From NCBI GenBank assembly GCA_963721455.1, contig CAVRJG010000017.1:1-60921 (forward strand): a stretch of 60,921 nucleotides of DNA, given 5' to 3'. Below the pieces are notes generated by a model, which worked only from the letters and a program-made list of their open reading frames with translations, was not told the origin of the DNA and ran no database searches. The position numbers and the translations under genes were made by a program. Source of the stretch: an uncultured Methanosarcinaceae archaeon (GTDB taxonomy: Archaea; Halobacteriota; Methanosarcinia; Methanosarcinales; Methanosarcinaceae). Positions 40,603 to 52,200 of this stretch are shown in pieces. The stretch's first letter is position 1. Each line of letters begins with the position of its first letter.

Positions 40603-41347
40603 GTCTCCTCTATAGCCTTGAATAGCTTACTCTATCGCGGAGAGCTGATTTTCCCGAATACGATATCCTGGTCCGGCTCTTATCTCTTTCCTGCCGGAAT
40701 TTTTCCATAAACTCTTTTAATCAGTTAAGTTGCCTTACTTTTTACAAGCATACTATTTTAATTTATACTTTATAAGCTTGTAGCGTAACAAATTTTATTT
40801 TTTAAAACTAGATTTGACTGTGACGGGTTTTACAGCGCTGGCTTGAAAAACGCTGAAAATTGCAAAAATGGCTTGAGGTTTAGCCATATATACGCATAAA
40901 ATTGTTTTTGACGTGGGATGTGAAATAGCTGAGACTATCGGTTGCCTTGTTGAAGATAGGGAAGCTTGATTTTAAGCCCTCTTAAGGTTTCCATCGTTTG
41001 TATTCGGTTAAGATACGAAACGCCTAAAATGTGTTATTTCTTACGCGAATATCTATGAATTACGTTGGGAAATCACTATATGTGGTATTCGAAGTTGTAC
41101 ATAAAATTCGTTAACCGATGACAAATGTATTAGACTCACTCAATTTAATATTAGACTCGATTTGGCTCTATTTTTCTCAATTCTTTCTTTTAGGCTCATT
41201 TTCTTAAAAAATATTTACAACTAGTCCAGAATTGAACTTCTTAGGATAATTTTATAATTACAAAAGTCCATAAGTAAGTGTCTGAAAAAACAGGCTCTCT
41301 TTCTGAGAGAAATCTATTATCTTTATTAAACGTCAAGAGGGGTTTAT

Positions 41348-41692
41348 ATGGTAACAACAAAGGAAAGTGAAACCAAGGGAACCGAATCAAGTAAAAAGAG
41401 TTCCAAAATTCAGGAAAAAGTTGGAAAGCTTGGGAACGATATTGATGCCCTTGCAAAGAAGACAGGGGAGGAAGCCTCAAAACTTGCAAAGAATATAAAT
41501 GCAGAAATAAAGTCACTCCCGGCGGAAATAAAGTCCATTGATGTAAAGGATGAGGTAAAGAGCATTACTGGCAGGGTTGAAAAACTCGTTGATGCAACCG
41601 GGGACAGTGCAAAAAAACTTGCCTTAGAGATCAAGGCAGATGTTAAGAAACTGGTGGATAAAATCGAAAGTCCTATTTCAAAGAAAAAATAA
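41348..41692 (+). CDS. Small Lys/Glu-rich amphipathic helical protein
   Basis: 114-aa ORF after an AGAGGGG RBS; internal repeat (KKTGEEASKLA / DATGDSAKKLA). Confidence 0.7.
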   Translation: MVTTKESETKGTESSKKSSKIQEKVGKLGNDIDALAKKTGEEASKLAKNINAEIKSLPAEIKSIDVKDEVKSITGRVEKLVDATGDSAKKLALEIKADVKKLVDKIESPISKKK

Positions 41693-42115
41693 AATCAGGT
41701 GAAATGACAGATTGGAAGGTAGAAATTTTCTCCTTCTTAATCTTCTCTTTACTTCTTAATCTCTCTTTTATTCGTCGACATAAAAATCCATTCTATTTTT
41801 CTATTGATATCGTTTTTTTCAGAACTTTTGAAATTCAATTTAAATCAAATTTTGCTAAATGTTAACCATGACATCATTAATATATATTTATAATAAATGA
41901 GATAAATGGAAAATTTGATTATATATATAGTTCGCATGACACTGATTTTTAAATTAACCTACAAAAAATAACAATCAATAATATTTAGGTGTTAAGATGT
42001 GCTTGCTGCCGAATGTAGGATATATTTCGACCATCAGAAAGAATGGTTTACCTGTTATAGACGGTATTCTCGCGGCGCTCAGCGGAGCGCCGTTAACTAT
42101 ACCCTGAATAGTTAC

Positions 42116-42180
42116 CTTTTATTTTCTGTTCTTTTATTTTCTGTTCTTTTATTTTCTGTTCTTTTATTTTCTGTTCTTTT
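42116..42180. repeat. Tandem repeat, 15-bp unit CTTTTATTTTCTGTT x4.3
   Basis: Directly visible; preceded by a lone CTGAATAGTTAC MITE-B-type end. Confidence 0.9.
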
Positions 42181-42306
42181 CCTTTTCCCTTCATTTTTTC
42201 ATTCATCACATTCAATTTATTTACTATGAGTACTTTTTTTTATCATGATATCTTAATGAATTAATGGGAAGTCATTTGCCGCCAGAGTTACGAGGGGACG
42301 TTTATT

Positions 42307-42927
42307 ATGCCTATTTCTTTCGATCAGCGCAGTTCTATCCAGAATAATCCTGTAAGCCTTCAGAAAGCTCTCTCAAGCTATTCGTCCGATATCTCTTTTT
42401 CTTCCGAGCCTGCGGAAGAGATAAAGCTCTTTCTCGATATGGACGGAGTCCTCACGGATTTCACGGGCGCCTGTGAAAAGCTCGGTGATAATATGATGTT
42501 GTGGTACAGCAGCGATAGAGAACTCTTCTGGAAAAAAATTACATGTGCAGGGACTGAATTCTGGTCGGAAATGTCCTGGATGCCCGGCGGGCGGGAACTG
42601 CATGGGTTTCTTAAAAGCTCGGGTTTTTGTCCGACAATCCTTTCTGCGCTCCCGGGGCCTGATAGAAAAAAGGCTTTAACCAACGCGAGAGAGGGAAAAA
42701 TCAGGTGGCTCAGGAAAGAACTCGGAGCCTCTTACGCAGAAACTGCAATTCTTTGTTTCCGCCCGGAAAAGGCTTTACAATCGGGAGTTGCAAGGGTTTT
42801 GATTGATGATAACTCCGAAAATGTCAATGAATGGGAAGAGGCAGGAGGTATCGGAATCCTGCATAAGAACACCAGCCGGACAATCCGGTGTTTCAGTAAG
42901 GTTCTTGAAGTCGAGCAAAAGTTCTGA
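42307..42927 (+). CDS. HAD-superfamily 5'(3')-nucleotidase-like phosphatase
   Basis: FLDMDGVLTDF (motif I), ILS, GKIRW, LIDD and WEEAGGIGILH. Confidence 0.8.
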   Translation: MPISFDQRSSIQNNPVSLQKALSSYSSDISFSSEPAEEIKLFLDMDGVLTDFTGACEKLGDNMMLWYSSDRELFWKKITCAGTEFWSEMSWMPGGRELHGFLKSSGFCPTILSALPGPDRKKALTNAREGKIRWLRKELGASYAETAILCFRPEKALQSGVARVLIDDNSENVNEWEEAGGIGILHKNTSRTIRCFSKVLEVEQKF

Positions 42928-43062
42928 TGTACTGATTTTCTCCAGTGCAGTTCACTAATCTACGTATTCAAGTTTAGAAGTATCAAGTCCGAAAAAATAC
43001 TGTATTTTTTAATCCTTAATATATAAAAATAAGTTAATGGTTCGCGGGCATGACAAAAAGTC

Positions 43063-43887
43063 TTAAGCCTCCTGATTACAGCCTACGATAAGAGCCACAA
43101 GGTTTTGCCTGTGGTTTTTGACTTCTTCTCCTGCCGCATTCTTCAACCACTTATTTCCCCCGTGAACCGCATGGTCTCCACAGATAAAGAAAATAGTGCC
43201 TTTTTCCGCGTTTCTGAAAATCTTACCCAAGTTTTCATCCACTGCTTTTGCAGCCTTTTCTAATTCATCCCAGCTTTCTGCCCTGTGGGAAAAACGATCA
43301 AGGGTTCTCAGGTGCACAGCCAGTACATCGGGCTTTCCCCCGAGGGCACGTACCGCATAACTCGTGATTTGCTGGTCGTAATCCAGAATATCTCCGGAAT
43401 CCGGGACTCCATAAAAGTCTTTTATCCGTCCCCTGAAACTCTCTGCGCCTTCGGACTCGATAACTGCTGACGCTTTCATGCCTGCTCTGTAAGCCCATTC
43501 CATGATGCTTTTCAGTCTCGGGTTTTCAGAGTCTTTTGCCCTTTCAGTATAAATGTCCGCTGTTGAATATATATTATGTTCTTCCGGAAGGTATCCTGTG
43601 AAGATTGATGCAATTGCAGGGGAAGTTATGGTTGCCGGAGATTTGCATTTAAACAGGAGTCCTCTTTCGGCAACTTCATTCAGGTTTTTCATTATTGGAG
43701 AAAAATGCCTGTAAAGGGAATACCCAAGGCTGTCAACCACGATAATTACTGCTCGTTTGCAGCCCCTATCCTTTGCGTAATTCTCGACCTCAGGAATTGA
43801 CCTGCCGGCAGGCGGAACCATAGGGATTTTCAGCAATCTTGAAATCGTAGGGGCAATATCAATGATTCTGCACTCAAAAACTTTCAT
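43063..43887 (-). CDS. Alkaline phosphatase superfamily / phosphodiesterase-like protein
   Basis: IIDIAPT, VVDSLG, ITSPAIASIFTG..PEEH, DRFSH and GDH. Confidence 0.8.
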   Translation of the reverse strand: MKVFECRIIDIAPTISRLLKIPMVPPAGRSIPEVENYAKDRGCKRAVIIVVDSLGYSLYRHFSPIMKNLNEVAERGLLFKCKSPATITSPAIASIFTGYLPEEHNIYSTADIYTERAKDSENPRLKSIMEWAYRAGMKASAVIESEGAESFRGRIKDFYGVPDSGDILDYDQQITSYAVRALGGKPDVLAVHLRTLDRFSHRAESWDELEKAAKAVDENLGKIFRNAEKGTIFFICGDHAVHGGNKWLKNAAGEEVKNHRQNLVALIVGCNQEA

Positions 43888-44004
43888 GTGCTCTCCAGGA
43901 TAGTATCTGGCAAGCCAGTTTATATGTGTTTCCTGCACTGCTTATTTTAAACTCAGATACAGTTATAAATTATTCTGGGCGAGATATGAATATTCGAGGG
44001 GAAA

Positions 44005-44172
44005 ATGGGCACAGAAAAAGAAGAGTTCTCGGAAGCAGAATTCCCTGAAAAAGGGGGAGAATTCTCAGAATTGATCAGGTACACTTTGCCAGGTTACTTT
44101 TTCGGGCTTCTGGCAGGAATTTTTCTGGATTTTCAGGGGTACCAGCGGAGTTCTCTCGGGCAGTGGCTTGTT
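44005..44172 (+). pseudogene. 5' stub of a membrane protein gene
   Basis: GAGGGG RBS and ATG, one TM segment (ELIRYTLPGYFFGLLAGIFLD), then the sequence turns into an MCM fragment. Confidence 0.5.
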
Positions 44173-44332
44173 AGTAAAGCGGGTTGAACATGACTCTTTC
44201 TGCAAAATGTTCAATCCTTGCTGCCGCAAATCCCAAGTACGGGAGATTCAATGAATATGATGGCATTGCTGAACAGATCAACCTGCCTCCACCGCTTCTT
44301 TCCCGTTTTGACCTTATAACTGTGATCGATAG
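44173..44332 (+). pseudogene. Internal fragment of an MCM helicase gene
   Basis: Manual translation SKAG-(frameshift)[47 protein letters not shown] covers the MCM sensor-1 (AAANP) and arginine finger (SRFD). Confidence 0.82.
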
Positions 44333-44406
44333 CGTTGTTTTTCACTTATAAGCCATATGAACCAAAAATAGATCTGCCATCAGACCGATCTATAAAAGGG
44401 AACTAT

Positions 44407-45090
44407 ATGGATACATTTGTGGGTACAAGCGGCTGGTACTATGATTGGAACAAAAAGAAAAGCCTTGATTGGTTTATCCAGAATTCCGGGCTGAACAGTG
44501 TCGAACTCAATGCCAGTTTTTACAGATTTCCCTCGCCTGACCGGATTGAAGACTGGGACAGGAAGGGGACAGGATTCAGGTGGAGCATAAAGGTGCACAG
44601 GTCTATAACCCACTGGCGCCAGCTCAGTGAAAGTTCCCTGGAAATCCTGGAAGATTTCCATGAGCTTTTCGAACCCATGGATCACCTCGTTGACTTCTAC
44701 CTCTTTCAGGTGCCTCCAAAGTTCGATGATGTCGCAAGGACGCTCAGGTTTGCAGAAGCCACAAAACTTGGGGAAAGGTTTGCCCTGGAGATCAGGAATA
44801 AAGAGCTGCTTGGAAATGACGAAGCATGCGCAGAGCTTATGAAGAAAGTGACCCTGGTGTCCGTAGACTCGCCGGACTACAGGAACCGCATCTTCCCCGG
44901 AAAAATCGTTTATATGAGGATGCACGGAAGGGACAGCTGGTACAATTACAATTATTCCCAGGCAGAAATTAGCGAAACTATCAGGAAGATTCATGAATTC
45001 GGACCTGAAAAAATCTACATTTATTTTAATAACGACCATAATATGCTGGAAAACGCAAGAATGACATTGAAAGTCTTTTCTGGTTTGTAA
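44407..45090 (+). CDS. DUF72 family protein
   Basis: MDTFVGTSGW, SVELNASFYR, LFQVPP, YMRMHG and YFNND. Confidence 0.88.
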   Translation: MDTFVGTSGWYYDWNKKKSLDWFIQNSGLNSVELNASFYRFPSPDRIEDWDRKGTGFRWSIKVHRSITHWRQLSESSLEILEDFHELFEPMDHLVDFYLFQVPPKFDDVARTLRFAEATKLGERFALEIRNKELLGNDEACAELMKKVTLVSVDSPDYRNRIFPGKIVYMRMHGRDSWYNYNYSQAEISETIRKIHEFGPEKIYIYFNNDHNMLENARMTLKVFSGL

Positions 45091-45435
45091 ACCTTGAATT
45101 TTTCCCTTAATCCTCAAAAGGCTTCATCTTAAGGAGAAATAAAACTTTTACTCAATGGAGAAGATTCTTATTTTCTTTCTGGACCGGAAAAATTCTCTTT
45201 TAATTGTTAACCTATATTATCTTGACATTGTCAAATTAAATCATTATTGCAGATATCGAAACCTATTTCCACTCAAATCTACTCCATCTTGAACCTTTTT
45301 ACCTTCCCATTTTTGTTTCTTCTATTTTCTTCTTAATCAATAGTTGCCTTAATTTCACTGTCATAAATTTTTCCTGCTAAAATTGCATACTTACCAGTAA
45401 CCAGAACAAGAATCCAATTTCTCTAATCCGAAAAA

Positions 45436-45800
45436 TTATGAACTTCTTAACCTGCTAACTCTTGCCTTCCTTCTCAGCTCATTATCTTGATTTAATATTC
45501 TTGCAATTTCCCAAGCATCGATTCTTTTCAATGGATTGTGGTACTTCAGTATCCATATGATCCCAGGAATTGAAATCTTATACATTTTGTTGAATTTTTT
45601 CAGATAAGAGAGTAAAATAAGCATTGCAAGCATTACCAATGCCATATGATGGTGCCATGCATTCCAATTTCTCACCATATATTCTGCCATTCCACAGTTT
45701 CCCTTTGCATCCTGAAATGCTCTCTCAATCCAATACCTTGAACTCTGCATTTTTGCAAGTTCTTCTAATGGAGCATCCTCAGAAGCGTTACATAATGAGT
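45436..45800 (-). pseudogene. IS701-family transposase C-terminal remnant
   Basis: RYWIERAFQDAKGNCGMAEYMVRNWNAWHHHMAL; N-terminal part lost at the next IS. Confidence 0.82.
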
Positions 45801-45801
45801 A

Positions 45802-46939
45802 TAGGACTTACGCACTTGAATCACCGCAAACTTAAAATCATTTAAAATATAATTCCTTTTTTATATAATCTGAAAATGGTTGGAGTTATGCCTATAAATC
45901 CACCCAAATGTACTGTCCTTGATTACATCAATTTTCTTATTGCAGCATCTACCGTTTATAGTTGTACCGAAGCTGCTCGCTGTTATTCATCTTTAGTCAA
46001 TGCTCCTTCTCATGATTGTTTTACTCGCCTTCTTCAAAATCAATCTTCAGATACAGAATCTTTATGGACTGAAGTAAGGAAATTTGTTACTCCCAAAGAA
46101 GGTTATCTAATAGTCGACGATACAGTATTGGATAAACCTTATTCTGAAAAGATGGGCTTTGTTCGGTACCAGTGGAGTGGAAAACATCATCGTACTGTAA
46201 AAGGGATAGGCCTGGTTACCTTAGTTTGGACAGACGGTACAACCGTCATACCTCTCGATTTTCGAATTTATAACATCGATGAAGACGACAAAACGAAAAA
46301 TGACCATTTCCTTGATATGCTTGACAAAGCTGAAGAACGTGGTTTTAATCCCGAATTTGTTTTGTTTGATACATGGTATGCAAGTGTGAAAAACCTTAAA
46401 GCCATAAGGAAGAAAGAATGGCATTTCCTTACGAGGTTAAAAAATAATCGTTTGGTAAATCCTAACAACAAGGGAAACGTACCACTTGAAACAGTAGATA
46501 TTCCTCCAGAAGGACTTGTGGTTCATCTCAAAGCATATGGATTTGTAAAGGTGTTTCGGATTGTTTCAAAAGATGGAGACACGCAACACTGGGTTACAGA
46601 TGTGCAGGATATGGATGAATCAAAACGTGAGGATTTGGCAAAGAAATCATGGAAAATTGAGGAATATCATAGAGGGATAAAGCAGTTCTGTGGTGTCGAA
46701 AAATGTCAGGCAAGAAAGGAAGAGTCACAAAGAGCACATATAATGTTCTCATTAAGAGCTTTTCTCAGACTGGAATTACAAAGAATCAAAAGTGGAATAT
46801 CCTGGTTTGAAAGTGCCATGAAAATTAGAAGAGTGGCAGTGACAGCATATTTAAATAATCCACTGTACACATTAAATTAATTTGTATGGATGGGAAGTTG
46901 TGAAAAACGATATGCTAAGAGCCAACTGCGTAACTCCTA
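45802..46939 (+). mobile_element. IS701-family insertion sequence, apparently intact
   Basis: TIRs TAGGACTTACGCA / TGCGTAACTCCTA. Confidence 0.88.
45876..46880 (+). CDS. IS701-family DDE transposase
   Basis: SHDCFTRLL, IVDDTVLDK, LFDTWY and WKIEEYHRGIKQ. Confidence 0.9.
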   Translation: MVGVMPINPPKCTVLDYINFLIAASTVYSCTEAARCYSSLVNAPSHDCFTRLLQNQSSDTESLWTEVRKFVTPKEGYLIVDDTVLDKPYSEKMGFVRYQWSGKHHRTVKGIGLVTLVWTDGTTVIPLDFRIYNIDEDDKTKNDHFLDMLDKAEERGFNPEFVLFDTWYASVKNLKAIRKKEWHFLTRLKNNRLVNPNNKGNVPLETVDIPPEGLVVHLKAYGFVKVFRIVSKDGDTQHWVTDVQDMDESKREDLAKKSWKIEEYHRGIKQFCGVEKCQARKEESQRAHIMFSLRAFLRLELQRIKSGISWFESAMKIRRVAVTAYLNNPLYTLN

Positions 46940-46940
46940 G

Positions 46941-47658
46941 TGATATTGTAAATGAAGATAAAATGAATGATCTCAATATTTCCAGAGTTGAGATGGATGA
47001 ACTATGGGTAATAGTTGAAAAAAAGTTACGCTAAGAACGGAAATTGAAGACGAGGGAGCATGGATATAGGCAAGCTTTGCCTCAATTCAAGTTAATAATT
47101 GACTTTATAATAGGTCATAGAAAACAATGCGTAGCAGATGAGTTAGTAGAAGTTACAGATAAACGTCTTTCTGAGTCAAAACCACTTTTTGTTACAGATG
47201 GACTTAAATTCTATGCTGGAGCCCTTTTAAAAAAATATGGAGAATGGATTGAGTTTCCTAAAACGGGAAAAAGAGGTAGACCTAAGAAACCAGCAATAGT
47301 ACCTGATGAAAACCTGAAATACGCCCAGGTCATCAAAAACAGACAAGGAAGAAAGCTTCAGAAGATTGAAAAGAGAATCATCTTCGGTAAAGATATAGAT
47401 CAAAGCGAAGTATCAACAAGTTTGATTGAAAGACAGAACCTGACTTTCAGACAGGATAACAATAGAATCTCAAGAAAAACAATAGGTTTTTCAAAGAAAA
47501 CTGAGCACCTATACAATCAAATAAGACTTTATTGTACTCATTTTAACTTTTGCAGAGAACACAGAGATTTGATAGAAGAAAAAGAAAATGGAGTTTCGGA
47601 AAAGAAGACACCTGCAAAGGAATGTGGAATTATTCAAGAGTTAGATTTTATAATATAA
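46941..47658 (+). pseudogene. IS1-family transposase remnant
   Basis: VEMDELW (46987 region), FVTDG, TSLIERQNLTFRQDNNRISRKTIGFSKK and TPA; frameshifted and 5'-truncated. Confidence 0.8.
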
Positions 47659-48121
47659 TAGTTATATTGCCGGACGCTGTCAGCCAAACTTAAATTCGGT
47701 GCAGACCCGCACGTTAAATCTTCCGCCCGGATTTATGGCCGAATTTATGAGTTACATGCGGCTGCCAGGCTTTTTACGCTTTTCTCTAAACTGAACCTGC
47801 CAGAATCTCACCCCACCGCTTCAGATTCCTGCCAGTATTCCTGCCAGTATTCGTATAATACTGTCGCGCAGTCAGTTGCGCGAAGGCGCTGAATACTTTT
47901 GCTATGCATGTAGATGCCAGGCTTCCAGTCAGTCTCAATTTTGTAATAATCTGGACTTAAGAAACAGATCATTTAAAAGGTGGAAAGGAATATCCACAGG
48001 AGATAAAATTTAATTGATAGATTTATATATTAAAAAACTCAAGAAATACCAATAACTCACGGAATAGGGAAATTCATCGTAACACTTATACATGTCTTAC
48101 GACATTTACTCGCAGGTTCAG

Positions 48122-49231
48122 ATGATGAAAGCGGTACTAGGCTTAGAAGACGGAACAGTTATTAGGGGCACCGGTTTTGGTGCCGAAGGCACAGCTTGCG
48201 GCGAACTTGTTTTTACAACTCAATTCACGGGATATGAGGAGGCTTTAACAGACCCTTCCTACAAGGGCCAGATTTTAATGTTCACTTACCCCCTTATCGG
48301 AAACTATGGTGTCAGCGGGGAGCGCGTCCAGTCCGATAACATCCATGCAGAGGGGCTTGTTGTCAGGGAAGCCTGCAAGAAACCCTATCATTACAAATCA
48401 TCACGTTCTATCCATAAATTTTTAGAAGATGAAGGAAAACCAGGGATCGAAGGCGTGGATACCCGGATGCTCACCATCGGGGCAAGGGAGCGCGGGACCA
48501 TGCGGGCAGCCCTTATCACTGGCAGCGACGACGGGGACGAAGCCGTGGAAGTGGCAAGGAACTTCCCGCAGATAACGGACGAGGAACTGATATCCCTTGT
48601 AACCTGTAAAGAGCCATATTTCATTCCTGGAGCAGAAGGCGCCTGGAAAGGCATCAGCAAGCGCAAACATGCGGTTGTAGTCGACCTCGGGATAAAACGC
48701 AATATCATAAACAACCTGCACAGGCGGGGAATTGACCTTACACTGGTCCCTGCAACTACAAAACCCTCAGAAATTGCAAGCTACGAACCGGATCTTCTTT
48801 TTGTATCAAACGGGCCCGGAGACCCGGAAAAAGCAACAGACGCAATCAATGCCGTAAAGGCCTTTGCAGGCACGATTCCGGTCAGCGGGATCTGTTTCGG
48901 GCACCAGATTATCTCCCTTGCAATGGGAGCAAAGACTTACAAATTGAAATTCGGGCACAGGGGAGGAAACCAGCCTGTAAAGGACCTTATTGAAAACAGG
49001 GTTTTCATAACCTCCCAGAACCACGGGTATGCTGTTGATGCGGATTCCCTTGACGGGACAGGGCTATATGTAAAGTACCTGAACGCAAACGACAAAACCG
49101 TGGAAGGTGTTTCCCACAAAGACCTGGATATTTTCAGCGTGCAGTTCCATCCTGAAGCCCAGGCAGGGCCAATGGATACCGAGGAGACGTTCTTCGGCAA
49201 GGTTGTAAGGGTCCTCGGAGGTGAAATTTAA
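48122..49231 (+). CDS. carA: Carbamoyl-phosphate synthase small subunit
   Basis: GYEEALTDPSY, SNGPGDP, GICFGHQ, FGHRG and QFHPE. Confidence 0.97.
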   Translation: MMKAVLGLEDGTVIRGTGFGAEGTACGELVFTTQFTGYEEALTDPSYKGQILMFTYPLIGNYGVSGERVQSDNIHAEGLVVREACKKPYHYKSSRSIHKFLEDEGKPGIEGVDTRMLTIGARERGTMRAALITGSDDGDEAVEVARNFPQITDEELISLVTCKEPYFIPGAEGAWKGISKRKHAVVVDLGIKRNIINNLHRRGIDLTLVPATTKPSEIASYEPDLLFVSNGPGDPEKATDAINAVKAFAGTIPVSGICFGHQIISLAMGAKTYKLKFGHRGGNQPVKDLIENRVFITSQNHGYAVDADSLDGTGLYVKYLNANDKTVEGVSHKDLDIFSVQFHPEAQAGPMDTEETFFGKVVRVLGGEI

Positions 49232-52200
49232 TGCCTAAACGTGAGGACATAAAGAAAGTTTTGCTTATAGGTTCAGGGCCAATCACTATCGGACAGGCTG
49301 CGGAATTCGATTTCTCAGGCAGCCAGGCTTGCAGGTCTTTAAAAGAAGAAGGCATCCAGGTTGTACTTGTAAACTCAAACCCTGCAACCATCATGACCGA
49401 CCCGGAAATGGCTGATTCGGTCTATATCGAGCCCCTTGATGCCAGAATTGTGGAAAGGATCATCGAAAAAGAGCGCCCTGACGGAATTATTGCAGGCATT
49501 GGAGGGCAGACAGGCCTGAATATTACCAGTGAACTTGCAGAAATGGGCGTTTTCGAAAAATACGGAGTTCAGATCCTTGGGACTCCTATTGAAGCCATCA
49601 AAAATACGGAAGACAGGGAACTGTTCAAAGAGACCATGCTCAGGATAGGGGAAAAGGTTCCCTTAAGCCGGGCAGTCCATACCTTAAAAGAAGCCGAAGA
49701 AGTCGTTGGGGAGCTTGGCCTTCCTCTGATCATCCGCCCGGCTTACACTCTTGGCGGGGCTGGAGGCGGAATTGCCCGCACAAAGGAAGAGCTTCTTGAA
49801 ATCACGGAACGCGGACTCAGGCGCAGCCGCATTTCCCAGGTGCTCATAGAAGAAAGCGTGCTTGGCTGGGCAGAGGTAGAATATGAGGTAATGAGGGATG
49901 CAAACGACACCTGCATCGTAATCTGTAACATGGAAAATATTGACCCCATGGGCGTGCACACCGGGGAATCTGCAGTTGTTGCCCCCTCCCAGACCATGAG
50001 TGATGCAGAACACCAGATGCTCAGGAGTGCCTCAATCAAGATCATCCGCGCCCTCAAGATCGAAGGTGGGTGCAACATCCAGTACGCTTTAAAGGAAGGC
50101 GATTATCGTATTGTCGAGGTAAATCCCAGGGTTTCGAGGTCATCAGCCCTTGCGTCCAAGGCTACAGGCTACCCGATTGCCCGCGTAACCGCAAAAATTG
50201 CAATCGGAATGACTCTTGATGAGATCATAAACAACGTTACCAAGAGTACCCCTGCTTCTTTTGAGCCTGCTCTGGACTACGTAATTACAAAGATTCCCAG
50301 GTGGCCTTTTGACAAGTTCACAACCGCAGACAAGACCCTGACCACGGCCATGAAGAGCACTGGAGAAGTCATGGCAATAGGCAGGACAATTGAAGAATCC
50401 CTGCTCAAGGCTTTCAAGTCCCTGGATATCGACAGCCAGCTGGGGATAAAACACTGGGAAGATCCTGAAATCAAGACCCTCCTCAAGACCCCGACAAGCG
50501 AACGCCTTTTTGTTATCTTTCATGCGCTTGAGAGAGGCATGTCGGTAAAAGAAATTGCCGAACTTTCGAGCATCAACCCCTTCTTTATCTCAAAGATGAA
50601 AAATATTGTTGACATGGAAAAGCGCATCAGGGCAGAAGAGCTTACCCCGGAATTTCTGCGCGAAGCAAAAAGGATGGGTCTCCCGGACACTCGCCTTGCA
50701 GAACTGACTGGCAAAACCATGCAGGAAATAAGCGATCTCAGGCACGCAGCCGGAATTGTGGCTACATTTAAGATGGTGGATACCTGCGCAGCCGAGTTTG
50801 AGGCAGCTACCCCCTATTACTATTCCACTTATGAAGACAGCTGTGAGACAAAACCGTCTGACAGGAAGAAGATCCTTATTCTTGGTGCAGGGCCTATCAG
50901 GATAGGGCAGGGAATCGAATTCGATTACTGTACTGTCCATGCCGTCACTGCGCTTCGGGAAGAAGGCATAGAAACTCACATTATCAATAACAATCCTGAA
51001 ACCGTATCAACGGACTTCGATACCTCGGACAAGCTCTTTTTTGAGCCTCTGACCCTGGAATATGTCATGAACGTAATCGAACGTGAGAGGCCTGACGGAG
51101 TCCTGGTGCAGTTCGGAGGGCAGACCTCGGTGAACCTGGCTCTCCCCCTCAAAAGGGAATTAAAGCGCAGGACAGACCTTAATACCGTAATCATGGGTAC
51201 TGCCCCTGAGGATATGGACCTTGCCGAAGACAGGGAAAAGTTCTATCTCCTTATGAAGAAACTCGGCGTCCCGCAGCCTGAAGGCGGATATGCGACTTCC
51301 CAGCAGGAAGCAATCGAGGTTGCAAAGCGGATCGGTTTCCCTGTACTTGTCCGTCCCTCCTACGTGCTCGGCGGGCGGGCAATGGAAATCGTCTATGACG
51401 AAATCGACCTTGAACGCTATATGAAAGAGGCGGTAAGGGTCTCTCCGGAACACCCGATCCTTATTGACGATTTCCTTGAGGCAGCCTGCGAAATCGACGT
51501 GGATGCGGTCTGTGACCAGAAAGATGTGCTTATTGGCGCAATCATGGAGCATATAGAGGAAGCGGGCATACATTCAGGGGATTCGGCCTGTGTAATCCCG
51601 CCCCAGTCTCTTTCACCTGAAGTGCTTGACCAGGTCAGGGACTACACACGGAGGATCGCTCTTGGCCTGAGGGTCAAAGGGCTGATCAACCTTCAGATGG
51701 CAGAGAAATACGGAAAAGTCTATGTGCTTGAAGCCAACCCGCGTTCAAGCAGGACAATTCCCTTTGTCTCAAAAGCCGTAGGAATTCCGCTTGCAAAGAT
51801 TGCAGCCAAAGTCATTGCAGGGCACAGCTTAAAGAGCCTGGGCTATACGGACGAGCCAAAGCCCAAACACGTTTCGATTAAAGAAGTTCTCCTGCCTTTT
51901 GATAAACTGCCGGGTGCAGACCCTGTCCTCGGCCCGGAAATGAAAAGCACCGGCGAGGTCATGGGTATTGACTACGATTTCGGAAGGGCATATTATAAAG
52001 CAGAGCTCGCAGCCGACAACCTCCTGCCCCTTACAGGAAAAGTCTTCCTGTCAATCCGGAATGCAGATAAACCCGAGCTTGTGGAAGTGGCAAAGAAACT
52101 GCAGGCAGCCGGCCTTGAACTCATGGGCACCAGGGGCACTGTGAATCACCTTGCAGAGCACGGGATCTTCATGGATACCGTAAAGAAGATACACGACGGA

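Noticed and set aside
47665-47935. Moderately GC-rich tract upstream of carA with a 13-bp tandem duplication and a GCGCA..TGCGC dyad
   Set aside because: No convincing ORF or RNA motif could be supported by eye
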